Assembly (NCBI GenBank): GCA_051362555.1 | Contig: CM120649.1 | Coordinates: forward strand, 6,510,001 to 6,574,000 | DNA length: 64,000 nucleotides | Reading direction: 5' to 3' | Origin: Lingula anatina | Lineage: Eukaryota > Animalia > Brachiopoda | Part shown: positions 12,938-26,445 of the stretch, piece after piece | Position numbering within the stretch: position 1 is the first letter of the stretch | How the letters are laid out: each line of letters starts with the position of its first letter | The notes under the pieces: generated by a model | The model's database searches: none | Seen by the model: the letters and a program-made list of their open reading frames with translations, nothing else | Told to the model about the DNA's origin: nothing | Translations under genes and position numbers: made by a program

Positions 12938-13163
12938 GCTCATTCTTAGACCCCATTTCCAGAGATTAGATCGATCTACTTTAGATCGACCTAACTACCT
13001 GGGGGTTCACGCTAAATAGCTGTCAGCCGAGCGGACACGAAAGTTAATTACCCCCTTACCGCTTGTAGTAGGCGGGACGGACATTTAAGAAGGATTATCT
13101 GACAGTAATCTAGTGAGACTCCCCGCGGGGATAGATCGATCTAAAAGCTCTGGAAATACAGCC
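12938..13163. mobile_element. MITE-like inverted-repeat element
   Basis: ATTTCCAGAG..TAGATCGATCTA near 12955-12978 is mirrored by TAGATCGATCTAAAAGCTCTGGAAAT near 13132-13157. Confidence 0.5.
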
Positions 13164-16100
13164 TTACTGGAACTGCATGCATCAGACTACTGAGATCGAT
13201 TCAACTCCGCAGGGACTCTAGCTGAATGCTATCAAATCAGCAGATTAACACACCTCCTCCTGATGTTGAAGATGAATACAGGAAAGCTGGTGATTACATG
13301 AGTATGTTGAAAACAAGTGGAAGGGTGTTAATCTGTTCAACTGATTGCATTCCACAAGATTCCCGCTGAGCTGGATCAATTTACGCAGACCTATAGTTTC
13401 AATTGGCAAGAACCCTTATTTCTCAACTCTCTCACCCGAGTTAGTTCATTGCTCAAATCAAGTAATTTATTTTTTTTTTTAGATTTTAGATAAGTCGGCT
13501 TGTTTCAATGTAGTGTCGACTTTGCAATATGCAGTAAGAATAAATGTGTATATTGTTGTATCCAGGATGCACTATGGCGAGTTGAGTCATGATGTTTTTA
13601 TTAAATTTTAAACTTTCATTAAACTTTGACTTGTATGCAGGAATAAAACACCCGCGGATAGGCTCAGTTGTAAAATTTAAAACGACGATAGCACCCACAT
13701 GGTCTAAATAATATACATAAACCCAGAAATCAAACTTTCACTGGGAATTTTGAGATACAACCTCTACGTGATGGCCCGTCAGCATCAGAAAATCACTGAT
13801 TACATTGTTCATGTATACCAAGACAATTGGCTAATTTTTTTTTCGCTAGTGCTCTTTTTTACTTCTCTTTCATTCTTTCTTTTTCAAAAAATAAATAAGT
13901 AAATAAATAAAAACATAAACAACCCCATAAGAAATGCAACACACCAAAAGATTAAATAAATGTCATAATAAACTATTTAAAACGGCAAAAAAAGACTTCT
14001 TTTGGGATTATTGCTTTCTTCTATGTGTGCAACCGTACACTGAACTTGGTTGAAATCTGTAGGCTCCTACGCTTATTTGTGTCTTCATATTGTTAACTTT
14101 TTCTGCATGAAAAAAAAGACAAAATATAGTTGATAATTACAGTATGAAAATATTTTTCTTTTGTGTATTCGTTTCATTTGAGGTTCCAAACTTCCAGTTC
14201 ATGACCACCACTGATTCCTAGTGTCATTGCACATAGTATGATTTATGTACATAGCTTTAGACCATTATGGTCTATCAGTTCTCTTACAACAATACACCGG
14301 TTATGTTTGAAGAAGAACATGCACAACTATATGAAACTCCGTTTTCAAAAATACGCCTATTATTTAACATTGTAGCAATCACAATCGCTTCACGCCGTTG
14401 TGGTTTGACAAAAGACACATATTTATCCTAAATTCACCAGAAGAAATGAATTAATGATTACATTCGTCCTCAATTCGGTGTTAGACAGACTCAATAGATT
14501 CATTAACAAGATAAGTGTACCCAGATATCAATCAGGTCCGACACAAAGAGCCGGATGGCACATGCGTCATATCTGAACCACAGCAAAAGCAACCTCTCGG
14601 TAAAATTGGTTCTGTTATATCCTTTGCAAACATTTTCAATTCAAGACCCATTATATTTATCGGTAGCTCTCAGATTAGCAAAGTTAATCGTTGATATTAT
14701 ATAGTGCGGTCTAAGCATAAAAAAAGAAAAAAATGAGTACGTATTCTACTGTAATGTACTCATCAACAAAATGAACAATCCCTTCATTTATGTCAGGAAT
14801 AAAGCAGTATAATTAAAATTACGCGTGGCAGAATATCATTATGGTACATTGTATTTTGATGCACTGTCAATAAAGGTCCGTTTACAGTTTTGATGGATCG
14901 ACCCAACTATGACTGCAATCAGGGAGCCAGTAGGATCGCAAATTGTGACCGAGCGCAAGCATGGCGATTAGTGGCTTTTGAATAACTCGAAAGCACCGCA
15001 ATTTGCAACCGAGCACTAATAGCGACATCACCGTTAGTTTCGAGGTTTTTATTCGCGATGAGCAAATCTCGTCGTAATTGCCTTTGCGCATGCTTGATTC
15101 GTCATTTTATAGCGTCTTTAATGTAATTAAACATCGCGACGAGTTTTGGTTACTAGTCATGATAGCATATAACAAAGAATGGAAGCTTATAAAAGATCGA
15201 GTCACTCAGTACATCTGATAGAAAAAAACTTGCATTTTCTCAGTAAAGCTTAAAATTCCAAGTCTTCTTCAACAGGAATGTGCATAGATATTTTGTTCAC
15301 GATTGCATAAAACCATAACATTCATGTACGTATTCATTTGGAACAATCAAGGCGTGGGGCACCAAAGGAAATCCGCAGCATAAGATTTCTTCAAAAGCAT
15401 TTATATTTTTGTTTAAGTTCTGTTACTGACATGTTGTTGTTAAGCTTAAATTGATTGCTTAAAGAGACGGCGCGCACGTTCTTGGATTAAGAGGTCATTA
15501 ATCTGACGGTGCAAAGGATGATAACGTTTTGGCTGTGATGGCAATACAATATTAGCTCCAGCTCTCCGCCGATGATTACTACATTTGTAGCACCCCTATG
15601 CTGGTGATACAATATTTTTCTTCAAGAATCATCGCAATGTTCAAATTGAGACGCTTTTAAAAACACACTGGTGTATGTCACATATTGCACAATCTAAAAA
15701 GTTCCGCTTGAGTGGTCAGTCACTGATAGTTTGATTTTTAATGTTCTTAAATATCGGCTTACAATGTCGGAACTGATTAAAGATAAATATGTATCTTACA
15801 TTATTAACTTATTAAAGATTATCTCTCCCTCAGATCTTGCAAATTTAATGATCCAAGAGGAGCAATTAAAAAATCACAAAAGTTCACTTTACAAGTGCAT
15901 TATTTTAATGGTAAATGTACCAAAAAAAGTGATTTAGTTTCACTGTTTTAGTTCTTCTGTTCCTTAAGATCCATTCCCACAGGCATCGCCGGTTTACGTA
16001 GATCAATCCAACTCTATGGGAATGGGGTCTTAGATACGACATGCAGGATACAATATTACATTCAAAACTGATGGTATCCTGTACTCTACCTGAAGCCATA

Positions 16101-16560
16101 TTTGAAGCCAAATTTGGCTCAAGTTGCTAAATTTTGGATCAAAATTTGTTTTGCATGCGTTACTTTGTTTCCTTTAACTGAAACACACGTTTATAAAAGC
16201 CCATTTACACGTGAATGTAACAGATGGAGAAATAATAGTTATTCCTGGAGACAATGATTCTCAGAGGCTTAGTTCCTGAAGCTGGAACAATAGATGGATT
16301 CTTCACTCCCAGAGAATTCTGGATTCCTTACTCCCAGAGAATTCACTCATGGTGCCATCAGACCTTTCACAGAAACGTTTGTCACTATTTGGGATGTCAA
16401 CCCTAACGATAACCCTCTCAAGGACATTACTCAGAGTAATATCAAACAAAGAGGCACCATTTCCGGAGAAAAAAACATGTCACATTACTCCTTAACATAT
16501 AACCACTGGAGACATTCACACATGACGACAACACCACTGGAAATGGCATTGCTGGCAACA

Positions 16561-16909
16561 CCACTCCTGTAGACATCACCACTGGTGACTTCACTCATAG
16601 AGAAAAAAAAACTGGTGACTTCACTCATGGAGGCAACACCACTGTAGACAACACTGCTGGTGACACCACTCCTGTAGACATCACCACTGGTGACTTCACT
16701 CATAGAGAAAAAAAAAACTGGTGACTTCACTCATGGAGGCAACACCACTGTAGACAACACTGCTGGTGACACCACTCCTGTAGACATCACCACTGGTGAC
16801 TTCACTCATAGAGAAAAAAAACTGGTGACTTCACTCATGGAGGCAACACCACTGTAGACAACACTGCTGGTGACACCACTCCTGTAGACATCACCACTGG
16901 TGACTTCAC
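16561..16909. repeat. Tandem repeat, ~105-bp unit, ~3.3 near-identical copies
   Basis: Unit starts CCACTCCTGTAGACATCACC at 16561, 16666, 16772 and 16876; copies differ only in A-run length. Confidence 0.92.
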
Positions 16910-16960
16910 GTATACATGAGAAACAACGAGTTCGGTACACTTGCTGTTCTTCAGTGAAAT

Positions 16961-17216
16961 TACTAGAGCAGGTAACTGAGGCTGTTGATCTACCTTGAGC
17001 AGGTTACTAAGTATGTTGGCTTGCAATGTCAATACTTGAGCAGGTCAGACTGTAAACCTGCAATGGTATTACCTGAACAGGTCACAGAGTATGTTGACCT
17101 GCAGGATAATGACTTCAGCAGGTCACTGTTGACCTGCAGTGTCATTATTTAAGCAGGCCAATGGGAATGTTGACCTTCAGAGCCTTTACTTAAGCAGGTC
17201 ACTGGGAATGTTGGCC
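16961..17216. repeat. Degenerate ~36-bp tandem repeat overlapping the kelch stop codon
   Basis: Variants of TTACTT(A/G)AGCAGGTCACTG..ATGTTG(A/G)CC at ~16961, 16995, 17033, 17069, 17110, 17145 and 17186. Confidence 0.75.
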
Positions 17217-19110
17217 ACCACGCAGCCGAAGGTGCTCATCACGGAGGCCAGCTCCAAGCCCTCGTGCCACACCTCCCTGCCTTCCTGGTCCCTCCCCAGG
17301 AGATACAGCCCCGCCATCCAGCTGTTCTCATCCTCACCTCCCACCACCAGGATAGTGTTGTCATATTTGACCACACCTAGAATACAATAGGATAGAATAG
17401 AATGCAATGAAAGAATAGAATAGAATAGAGTGCTCTGCAGTATAATATAATATAATATAATATAATATAATATAATATAATATAATATAATATAATATAA
17501 TATAATATAATGAAGACAAGTGTAATGTAAAGTTGTGTGATATGGGATACAGACTAAGAGTTAAATCAATGTCAATTTTTAAAGAGTTTGAGTCTAAATG
17601 TGCACCATCAAACCACTTGAGGTAAAGTGAAGCGAGATTTCATAAGATTTGGAGAAGGGTGGGTTTTGAAATAATGGCAAGTTAGCAGTCAAGGAGCAGC
17701 AATGAATAAACCCTGACAAAATTTATCAACAGATATTTTTCTGGTTGTTTTCTCTTAAATTCTTCTCCAATTACAGTCTATCACATAAAAGTATGAATTC
17801 ATCATAATTTGTGTGACACTTTACTATTTATTCCAAAACCTGTAATCCTGGCACACATAGTTTCTGAAGCGTTTATCTCTACTCTGAGTTGAGTCCCCCA
17901 TGTGTGTTTTCTAGTCTGTATGTTATCATGAGGGCGTTTCAATAATTGGAAAGTTTATTGGTCTGAAAAACACAGGCATGTGCCTCTGATGAACTTTACT
18001 TTATTACCAGTACACTATACACTTTATTTATGCACTAATTCGGACTATTGAACCTTCGGACTACAGCTACAGCCCCATTATCACACTGTGCCAACAGCCT
18101 CATTCTGGGATCTTGCATTCTATTAAACAGTACCCTACCTGCTCCACACAGTGAATTTGGCAGTTCCGGCCCCTCGCTCCATGTCTCCGTCACAGGGTCA
18201 AATACTTCCACAGAACACACACAGTGCTCTGGCAGAAACTCCCGCTTCCATTTCTCACTCACAAGTGAATTTCCACCTGAAACAATCATTGATTAAAAAC
18301 ATTTTATGTCTGACGTATAGCAGCTGAGATGCCATGATGCTGTAAGTTAAAAGCAGCATTAACTTTCTATGTGTCCACAAAGAGGAGGACATGGGGAAAT
18401 GTGTATTTGGTAAATTACTTTATTTCTTTTAATTCACCAACTTCTTAGCATGCCCTTGTTTTAGAGGTTAAAGTGGTTTTACATGTAACATATTAGCTAT
18501 ATTGCTTTGAAAATGCACTTTTATACTTATGATATCACATACGTTTACCATGTGGACATACACATGGACAAAATTCTGCCCTTTATTAATTTTTTTTCAT
18601 GTTTTCTTTCTTTTTTTTTTTTTCCTTTATTTTTTAGCCTCATTTTATACAATTATCATACTGCTATTATGATAACTCCTGTGTGTACTCACCAATGATG
18701 TAGATCTTCTCTTTATAGACCACACAGCCAGCAAGAGCCCGGGATACATGCATACTGGGCAGCTGTATCCACTGCTCCGGCACTGGGTCATACCTATGGT
18801 CATTTATTTATCTATTTACTTTTTATTTATCCATATTCCTTTACAAGACATCTCCACATATAATGTAAAACTTCCAAATGAAATGATAATTCATTGGTTT
18901 TTCTATTTACATTTTGATTTATGTTATCACTTTACTGATGTGCATTTATTTATTATTTTTCTTTAACTATGAACGAGAGTGTTTCATGAATAATGTAGTA
19001 TTCTGAAGAGAGAACAAAGGTTGTAGGAAGAGAGAAAGAGAGAGGGAGAGAGGAGGAGGGGAGAGAAAACAGGATGTAGGAAGAGAGAGAGAGAGAGAGA
19101 AAGGGGGGAC

Positions 19111-19161
<51 letters not shown>

Positions 19162-20020
19162 CAGCAGAAAGAGTGGAATCCTGTACCTAAAAGCTGCCTT
19201 AGATATCCCATTTACGTCCTCCCCACCAAACACATACAGCTTTCCCTTATAACTGGTGGCTGCCATACACCTGGTGGGAACAGGCAGTGGAGTGACCACC
19301 TCCCACTTGTTAGCATGCTGGTCATATCTCTCCACACTGGACAACAAGCTGCTATAGTCTTGGCCTCCTATAGCATACACAAACCTAGAACAGGGCACCC
19401 AAAAAAAAAAGTTAATAATGTATTTATGAAAATGGGTTGGTAAAAACAAACATACTACTAGTAATAAGAAAAATCCAAGTCTGCTGAAATTTGTCCTTGG
19501 ACTGGCCCATGAAGAAAATCAATTATAAGTGTTCCAGCAGCCCAGTAAATATGCTAGCTGGCAAACTGTGTTACTTTATAGCTTACTGTCATTCTACATA
19601 TCGGTCAATGTACAGTAACATGTAGTCTTATGATAAAAAAAGCACAACAGAATACAAATTATATGTATATTTACCACTGTGACAGTGCAATTTAAACACA
19701 TAGTCTTAGAACAATCTAAACAAACCATGCACTACATAAACAATGTCAAAAATAGTGTTTAAAAAATATCTACTCAATACAAACCTGTCTAGCACCGTGA
19801 GGGCAAACTGATATCTCTTCATCTCCATGGCAACCTTGCTTACCCAGGTCTTGGTGGCGTAATCAAACATGAAGACACTGTCACAGACTCCCTCAGTGCA
19901 GACAGAACCTCGGTAGTTGATCTTCCTCAGAGCTCCACCAGCCAGGTAGATCTGGTTATCACCTGTCACTGCACAACCTGCAGGGAACATAATAATAATA
20001 ATAATAATAGTATTACTACA

Positions 20021-20093
<73 letters not shown>

Positions 20094-21715
20094 TGAAAAA
20101 CAAATATGGGAATATCTAGAATCATTTTTTTTTATCATTTGGAGAAACTAATTTTAGGTACATTTTATATATTAGATGAACAAATTATTAACATTATTAT
20201 CCTGACGTTTAACATTTCACGAATCAAAATGGAGATGAATTAATATTTTTCAAAGGCAACCGGGAGAAGTTCTGAATGCACTAAAGGTGGCAGTGTTACT
20301 CACCTGGCATGAAGAGACTGTGTGGCAGTTTACCCAGTAATGTAGCATCACCACATTCTGTGGGCAGTAAGGCCTCTATGCTGTTGTACTTGGTCAGGGG
20401 ATCGTCACTGTAGGGGTTGGCCATTATTACAATGGCACGCTTGTATGGCATTCCTGGAAGTCATAAACATATACATCTATGCAACAATCAGTCATGAGCC
20501 TAGGTTTCAAAAATAACCTCTGAACCAAATTTTATTGCAGAATCTCAGGAATCGAGAGGCATTCAAGTAGTTTGGCCATATATGATCTGTGGATCTGTAC
20601 ATCGGCTGTTCTGAAAGCGCTCTAACTGTGATAAAGTGGAGGAGAATCAATGCAACGAAATAGAGAATTGTGTTTTATATGTCACATTTTAACCAGTGGG
20701 GGGTTTACAATGTGGGGTAGTAACTATGATGAAGTGGAGAACTAAAAATGCAGGCCAGTAGCAGCCCAAGAACATAAAAAGATGTAAACAACACAGCATA
20801 CAAGGACAATTTTGATATCTCACCACTTCTGGGCATGAAGTTGAGGTCCATTTCATGGTGTCTGTTCTTTAACATGTGATAGTACCTGACATCACTGAGG
20901 GTTTTCATCAGAGACGGTCTGTCAGTAAATAGGCCATTGTTGTCTATACAGTCACAGAAGTAATACGAACTGATATTGGCAAATCTCACACATTTCATCA
21001 CTGCTTCCAGATCTCCCTTTCGGGTCTCCAAGTCATGGAGAACCCATGCAAGACAGGCCTCGTAGACCACTTCCTCCTGTGCTACGCTTATCTGGCTGCC
21101 GCTGACTATCTCCGTAAGTTTGTCTGCTGGGAGAGACATAAATTCTTGCTCCTTGCATAAAGTGGTGAACTGGTTGTTAATGATCTCCTTCCCTTTTTTG
21201 GCCAAGTCATCGCACTCGTGTGCCTTGGCAAAGAAGTACATACCGATACAGTTTGACACATTAACATGGCGAATCATGAAGTCAGCGCAGCCTCCTCTCA
21301 GAGAGATCAGCTGAAACAAGTTGGCTGCAGACAGGAGATTCTGCACAGAGTCTTCCGAAAGAACAACCTCACCTGTGTAGATATAGTCTAGCACCAGGGA
21401 CACAGTTTGTGATGTCATGTCCTTCAGGTGCACCTTGCTCTCCCTGTTCTCTGACAAATCGTTGGTGAACATGGCCATGAAGTACGGAGAGGACACAGCT
21501 AACACGTTTTTATGGCAGGGGAATTCTCTCTCCTCCACAACCAAGGTCATATCTGTGAACTGCTTGTTCTCGTAAAGCACAGAGAATCCACGCAGCAGTG
21601 ACTGTGCCCGGTCCTGGTCCACATATGTGTTGTTGCTAGGGACAACCGCAGAGGAGGCATCACTGAGAGGGGATGTCACGTTGATATTGTCATCAGCCAC
21701 GTCGCAGTCAGACAT
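17186..21715 (-). CDS. Kelch-like protein (BTB-BACK-Kelch, putative Cullin-3 adaptor), 620 aa, 7 coding exons
   Basis: Exons 21715-20824, 20453-20304, 19977-19785, 19384-19187, 18793-18693, 18276-18139 and 17376-17186 are all GT-AG and in phase (1863 nt). BTB FTDMTLVV..FPCHKNVLAVSSPYFMAMF; BACK VNVSNCIG..EEVVYEACLAWV..VRF; kelch repeats IYLAGG, VYAIGG..SSVERYD..W, LYVFGG, IYIIGG, ILVVGG. A probable non-coding exon ends at 22448. Confidence 0.93.
17441..17511. repeat. (TATAA)n microsatellite in last kelch intron
   Basis: Direct reading: ~14 TATAA units. Confidence 0.95.
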
Positions 21716-23659
21716 TTTTTATGGGAGATATGCCAAGACCTTGGCACAATGTCAAACCTGAAACATAAAACAGTGAAATATTGGAGTACTAAAAACAATG
21801 GTTTTTACATGTACAAGAAAGAAACAAACAACAAAACATCTCATGTTTTTGGACTACCAAAGCAAGGTTATAAAATTTGGTAAACCTAAATAATTATATA
21901 TATAGAACTATTTTAAAAGAAATGCCTCATAATGTCCCTTTTTGAATTCCTTTCATCATTATATGTCTTCTTCTCATTCATACACCCCCTCCTGTGCTCT
22001 GAATCACTACACTTTATGCCACGAGTATAAAACCGTAAAGTTTGCTAACAGTAATACATGTTGAAAAAATATGTTAACATAAACTTGGACTAAAGATGGT
22101 TACTTATATCAAATATCTATATTATCAAACATTCACTGAACTAGAAGGCACAAGAGCGAATGCGTATGAACTATAAATTTCAAGGCTGGAAACTGATTAT
22201 ATGGACTAGTTTACACAAAGAAAGCTCACCGCTCAAGTGTCAGTAGAAAGACGGCGACAGTGCCAGCGAGTAACAATCCCAGGTAAGCACTACGTTGAGC
22301 AGGGTTTTGGCAAAGCCTTGCAACTCTTGTCAAGTCATGCACCTTCGAATGTTCAAACAATGAGTTTATGAACACAATATCGTGACAATTGCTTATCAGA
22401 GAAATAAAATTTCTACGAAACACTGCACTGCACTGCAGTTAACTTACCAAGGGAAAACAAACACTTTCCGATCTCCAGACTGTAAAGAGCGCAGCTCATC
22501 TAGGTGTGACGTGACTCGACCGTGTCAGACAGCAAATGTTGTCCTCTGAAGCTTTTTGTCTTCAAAAACAATTTCATTTCAAAACGAAAAGATTTTGCTC
22601 TTATGATTAATAAAGGTATGGTCACTCAAGCAGTTTAGTTGCATGGACCAAAATAAAAAAAAGACGAAGCCTTTTAAGAGGGTCTTGCTGTGCAAGAACG
22701 GTGGAGGAAAAATATAATATTCTTCTATTATTCAAAATTCGATTTTACTTTAATAATGTTACAGCAAATAGATTGATTATTGCCATACCCTTTGATGAAG
22801 TCTAAAAAATTTTGTCAACAAGTCATAAAAATGACTTTTAAGATATAATTTTCCACGACGACCCTCTGAATTCCTGACACCATTGGCTGATCGACCATTA
22901 GGTGGTGACGGGGGTCGTTCTATAAATAAACAGTTGATTCTCTTCTTTCATTTTCACGGTTCATCAAAACACAGCAAAGATTAGAACGCTTACTCTCATT
23001 TATAAAGTTTTAAACATTCATTTTAATTCAAAGTCTAATTTTCAATTATTATGAAATTGTTATGACAAATAGGCCCTACTCTATCGCACTGGTAGGCCCT
23101 ACTAGTATTAGTTTTCCACAGCCAGGGAACATCTTTTCAGTTGGAAATTAAGTAGGCCTATTATATAGAAACGCTTTGTACTGGTGCCTATATTTGATGA
23201 TCGGGTCATGGATATAACTAATTATGATTCGTTTAAGAAAAGAACGGTTGTAACGTTTGCGACATCCCAACGCAGACGAGCACACTTAAAAGAAAAGAAA
23301 AAAGAGATTAGAGGTTTATTTCTCCAATAAACACACAGAGAGAAAGTTAAGCAATAGGCATATACAATTAAAATAAAGTAAACACGACTGCTTAACTTTT
23401 TTATGTATTATTATTATTTTAATGTATAATGGCAAGTGAGCACTTTTCTCCATTCTTATCCATCTTAAAAAAGTCAACAAGCCACAAAGACACCTGGTAC
23501 CTAGAAGCAAGTAAACATAACTAAAGTTTTTTTTAACGAATAATTTTTTCCTTGATTTTTTGTTAAAACAAGAACGCATACTCATTGCCAGAATGTGTGT
23601 CTACGGCAAGTCCCTAGGCTCCGTTCTCCACTTTCTATGTGCTCTGGATTATATGTGCC

Positions 23660-23890
23660 CACGTGGCGGGAAAACCGACTAATCACGGCCCTGCAAAACA
23701 CTGGGTCAACTCAGGTGACTTCCCTTCCAGGGGGTGTCGATTTTTGGAAATTCCAGTGCTGCAGACGCTGACTTTTATCCCCAGGGTACTGGTATTTTAT
23801 TGGCTGGTGGTGCATTGCGCAAATATGTTGCCCAATCAGACGGCAAGAAAACTGGGAAATTCCGCGTGCAGAGTGGGAAATTCCGGGCGT
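23660..23890 (+). promoter_or_regulatory. Cluster of NF-kB/Rel-type sites with CCAAT boxes
   Basis: GGGAAATTCC at 23854-23863 and 23875-23884, TGGAAATTCC at 23745-23754, CCAAT at 23832, ATTGG at ~23799; followed by donor ATG|GTAAGT at 24009/24010. Confidence 0.55.
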
Positions 23891-26035
23891 GGGTTTTGGT
23901 ACATATGCTGTAAAGTGTTTGACCCGCTGCTGAGGAGCGGCCTAGATCAAAGTCACGGCGAACGCTTGTTGTTTAATTACCCACACACCTTCCATGCCTT
24001 CAACTGTGGCTGGTAAATGGTAAGTTATCATTCATTTTATCAAGTATTTTAGCAATTTGTGTAATAACAGAGATTAAGTACAATACAGGGGAGTGAATTA
24101 AGTTTATATAATTTTGCTAGTTTTGTGTGCTTATAGTCTTAGCTGACGCCAGTGCACGACGTGTGACAGTGTAACACAAAAAGAAGAAGGAAATAAAAGG
24201 AGGTTCGATTTCTCTCAACCGTGGCATGTTACCACGTTATTACCAAGCGTCATTTGCAAATTTGGCTATTTTATATATTTGATGGACATTGGGTCTTTAA
24301 GAAAACGTTTCCAATATGAAAGTTTATTCTCTCTAGTTCGATCTTTAGCTCCTATCCATTTGAGAGAAAACAGCCTACGTTTACTCGACCTCAACGAATT
24401 CAATCTCCTTTTGTATTGAATGTCGATGTGATTGTGTCAGTATTGTCTAACGTTTAAAATTATAATAATAATAATTAAAATAATAATAATAAAGTAACCC
24501 TTTTTTATAAGTCTGCACTTGTCTGTGTGAGGTCGAACCATTAAATGCAACCTACAAAGACCTAATATGGATGAGCAGCTCAATACATTTATTTAAAAAA
24601 AGCAATCGAAAGTACCGGGTATACTGTATATCACCCCTGTCATCTATGGTGAATAGACGCCATTTCCCTTTCACCTTTTGAAAAGATACTGCTTAAAATT
24701 TATAAATTTCGCATACTTAAAGCACGCTCCTTACCTTCATTGTAATAATTCTTATTTTTTTCTTGTTTTCTTAATTTCCTCGTTTCTCGTGGGTTCAAAG
24801 GGTATAATCAGGTTAAATGCCCATTAATGTGTTTCACGCTAAGATAAGAGCCGGGTATTCCCAACGTTCAGATAGGTAGGCGTGACTTTGGCTGGACGTG
24901 TCCTTGAGTTCTCTGTGTCACAATGCACCGACCTCATACATCAGAACGGGCCTTTTGTTCGTGTGTGTTGCTGGTGACACGACCCACAAAGCTAAAAGTC
25001 CAGCACAAAAAAAAAAAAAAAAAAAAAAAAACAAATTTTTCATTACATCTGCGTAAGTGTTTTTTTAAATGATTATGATTTCCCCAGTAAGAATTCAAAC
25101 CATGCTTTTTATTTATTTTTTTTTTTTTATTAATTTAATTTAAGTATTTATCGCCAGGTATATTCTAATTCTGTAATAATAAAATGTAAATTCTCTTTAC
25201 TGGCCTGCGCTCTTGGTATAACAGATTAAACATACGGAAATAGAAGAGATTTCTTAAATCACCACTGGCACAGGGAACCGATATTCAACTACTTGATGTC
25301 TATGTGTAACTTAGTGATTTGAGTAAAGGTGGCGCTGAGGGTGGGTTTTTCCCAAGAGAGGGCGGTTGGTGTCGCCCTAGGGTTCAGAGGTAACTGGAAA
25401 CACAGAGATATGCTAATAATAGATATACGTTTTCATTAGGGTTTTAAACCTCAAAAACCGAGGTTTTTTAGCGTAAACATCGGGGACACTGGTTTTCTGT
25501 TATTTAGAATAAGAACCTCGGGATTAAGGGAAGGGTGATGCACTAGTATTTTCATGATTTCTACTCGCAGGAAGTGAACTCCTGGTGATAGTACTACTAT
25601 TAGTAGTTCCTAAAATGATTCTGCGCTCTCTAACGGCGTACCAAGTAGTCAATGACTGATGTTATTCGAGACGTGACTGTGGGAAGTTCAAAATTTATCA
25701 GACTGTGGACCTGCAGCGGATGATGGGCTTTTTTTTTTTTTTTTTTCAGAGTCATGAGCCCAGTGTGATACTGGAAAAATAACTGGGGGCTAACTTTTCA
25801 ATAAGTAAAGTAAAAAAAATCTGTATGCCTTGAAAGTTTATTATGCGTAATTCGAATTTTAGATGGTAGTGGAGAAAAATGTTTTATTTACATGTACATG
25901 TGGCTGAGACGAACGTGGAGTGTTATATCAAGAACTTGATAATAAATATTATTATTTGATAATAAGATGACATAAAAAGTAATAAATTATAAAAAATCTA
26001 AATGAATTCACAAGGCGTAGATATTAGGTGTTGGC

Positions 26036-26040
<5 letters not shown>

Positions 26041-26126
<86 letters not shown>
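26041..26126. repeat. (TC)n microsatellite
   Basis: ~43 TC units. Confidence 0.97.
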
Positions 26127-26128
<2 letters not shown>

Positions 26129-26396
26129 ATATCAATTGAGGTTAACTTGCTCCTTTCACCTATGTAATACCTACTTTCGTTGGTATGTTATCGTTTTTAG
26201 GTGCGTTTGAGGATTTGCAACGAAACAACAACTCAGACAACCCGCAAGGAGCCAGCACTTCGAGCAAATTTTTGTGCATTTTGATACCAAGATCGCCATC
26301 ACATTGGTGAAATCTCAATACCCAGCAGGGCTTTGGAGACAGCTGCAGAGCAGAGTGATGACATGACGGTTTACTTTAGTTCGTCTTTCAACTAAA

Positions 26397-26445
<49 letters not shown>

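Noticed and set aside
16561-16909. Regularly spaced repeats resembling a CRISPR array
   Set aside because: Whole units are identical with no unique spacers, the context is eukaryotic and there are no cas genes; it is a minisatellite.
17186-21715. Assigning a specific KLHL gene symbol
   Set aside because: The domain architecture is clear but orthology cannot be determined by eye.
24945-24975. TTTGTTCG resembling the miR-375 seed
   Set aside because: The rest of the mature sequence does not match and I see no clear precursor hairpin.
25553-26400. Box C/D-like motifs (ATGATT..CTGA, GTGATGA) suggesting a snoRNA host
   Set aside because: No complete C and D box pair with terminal stem or recognisable rRNA guide; needs an Rfam/snoscan search.
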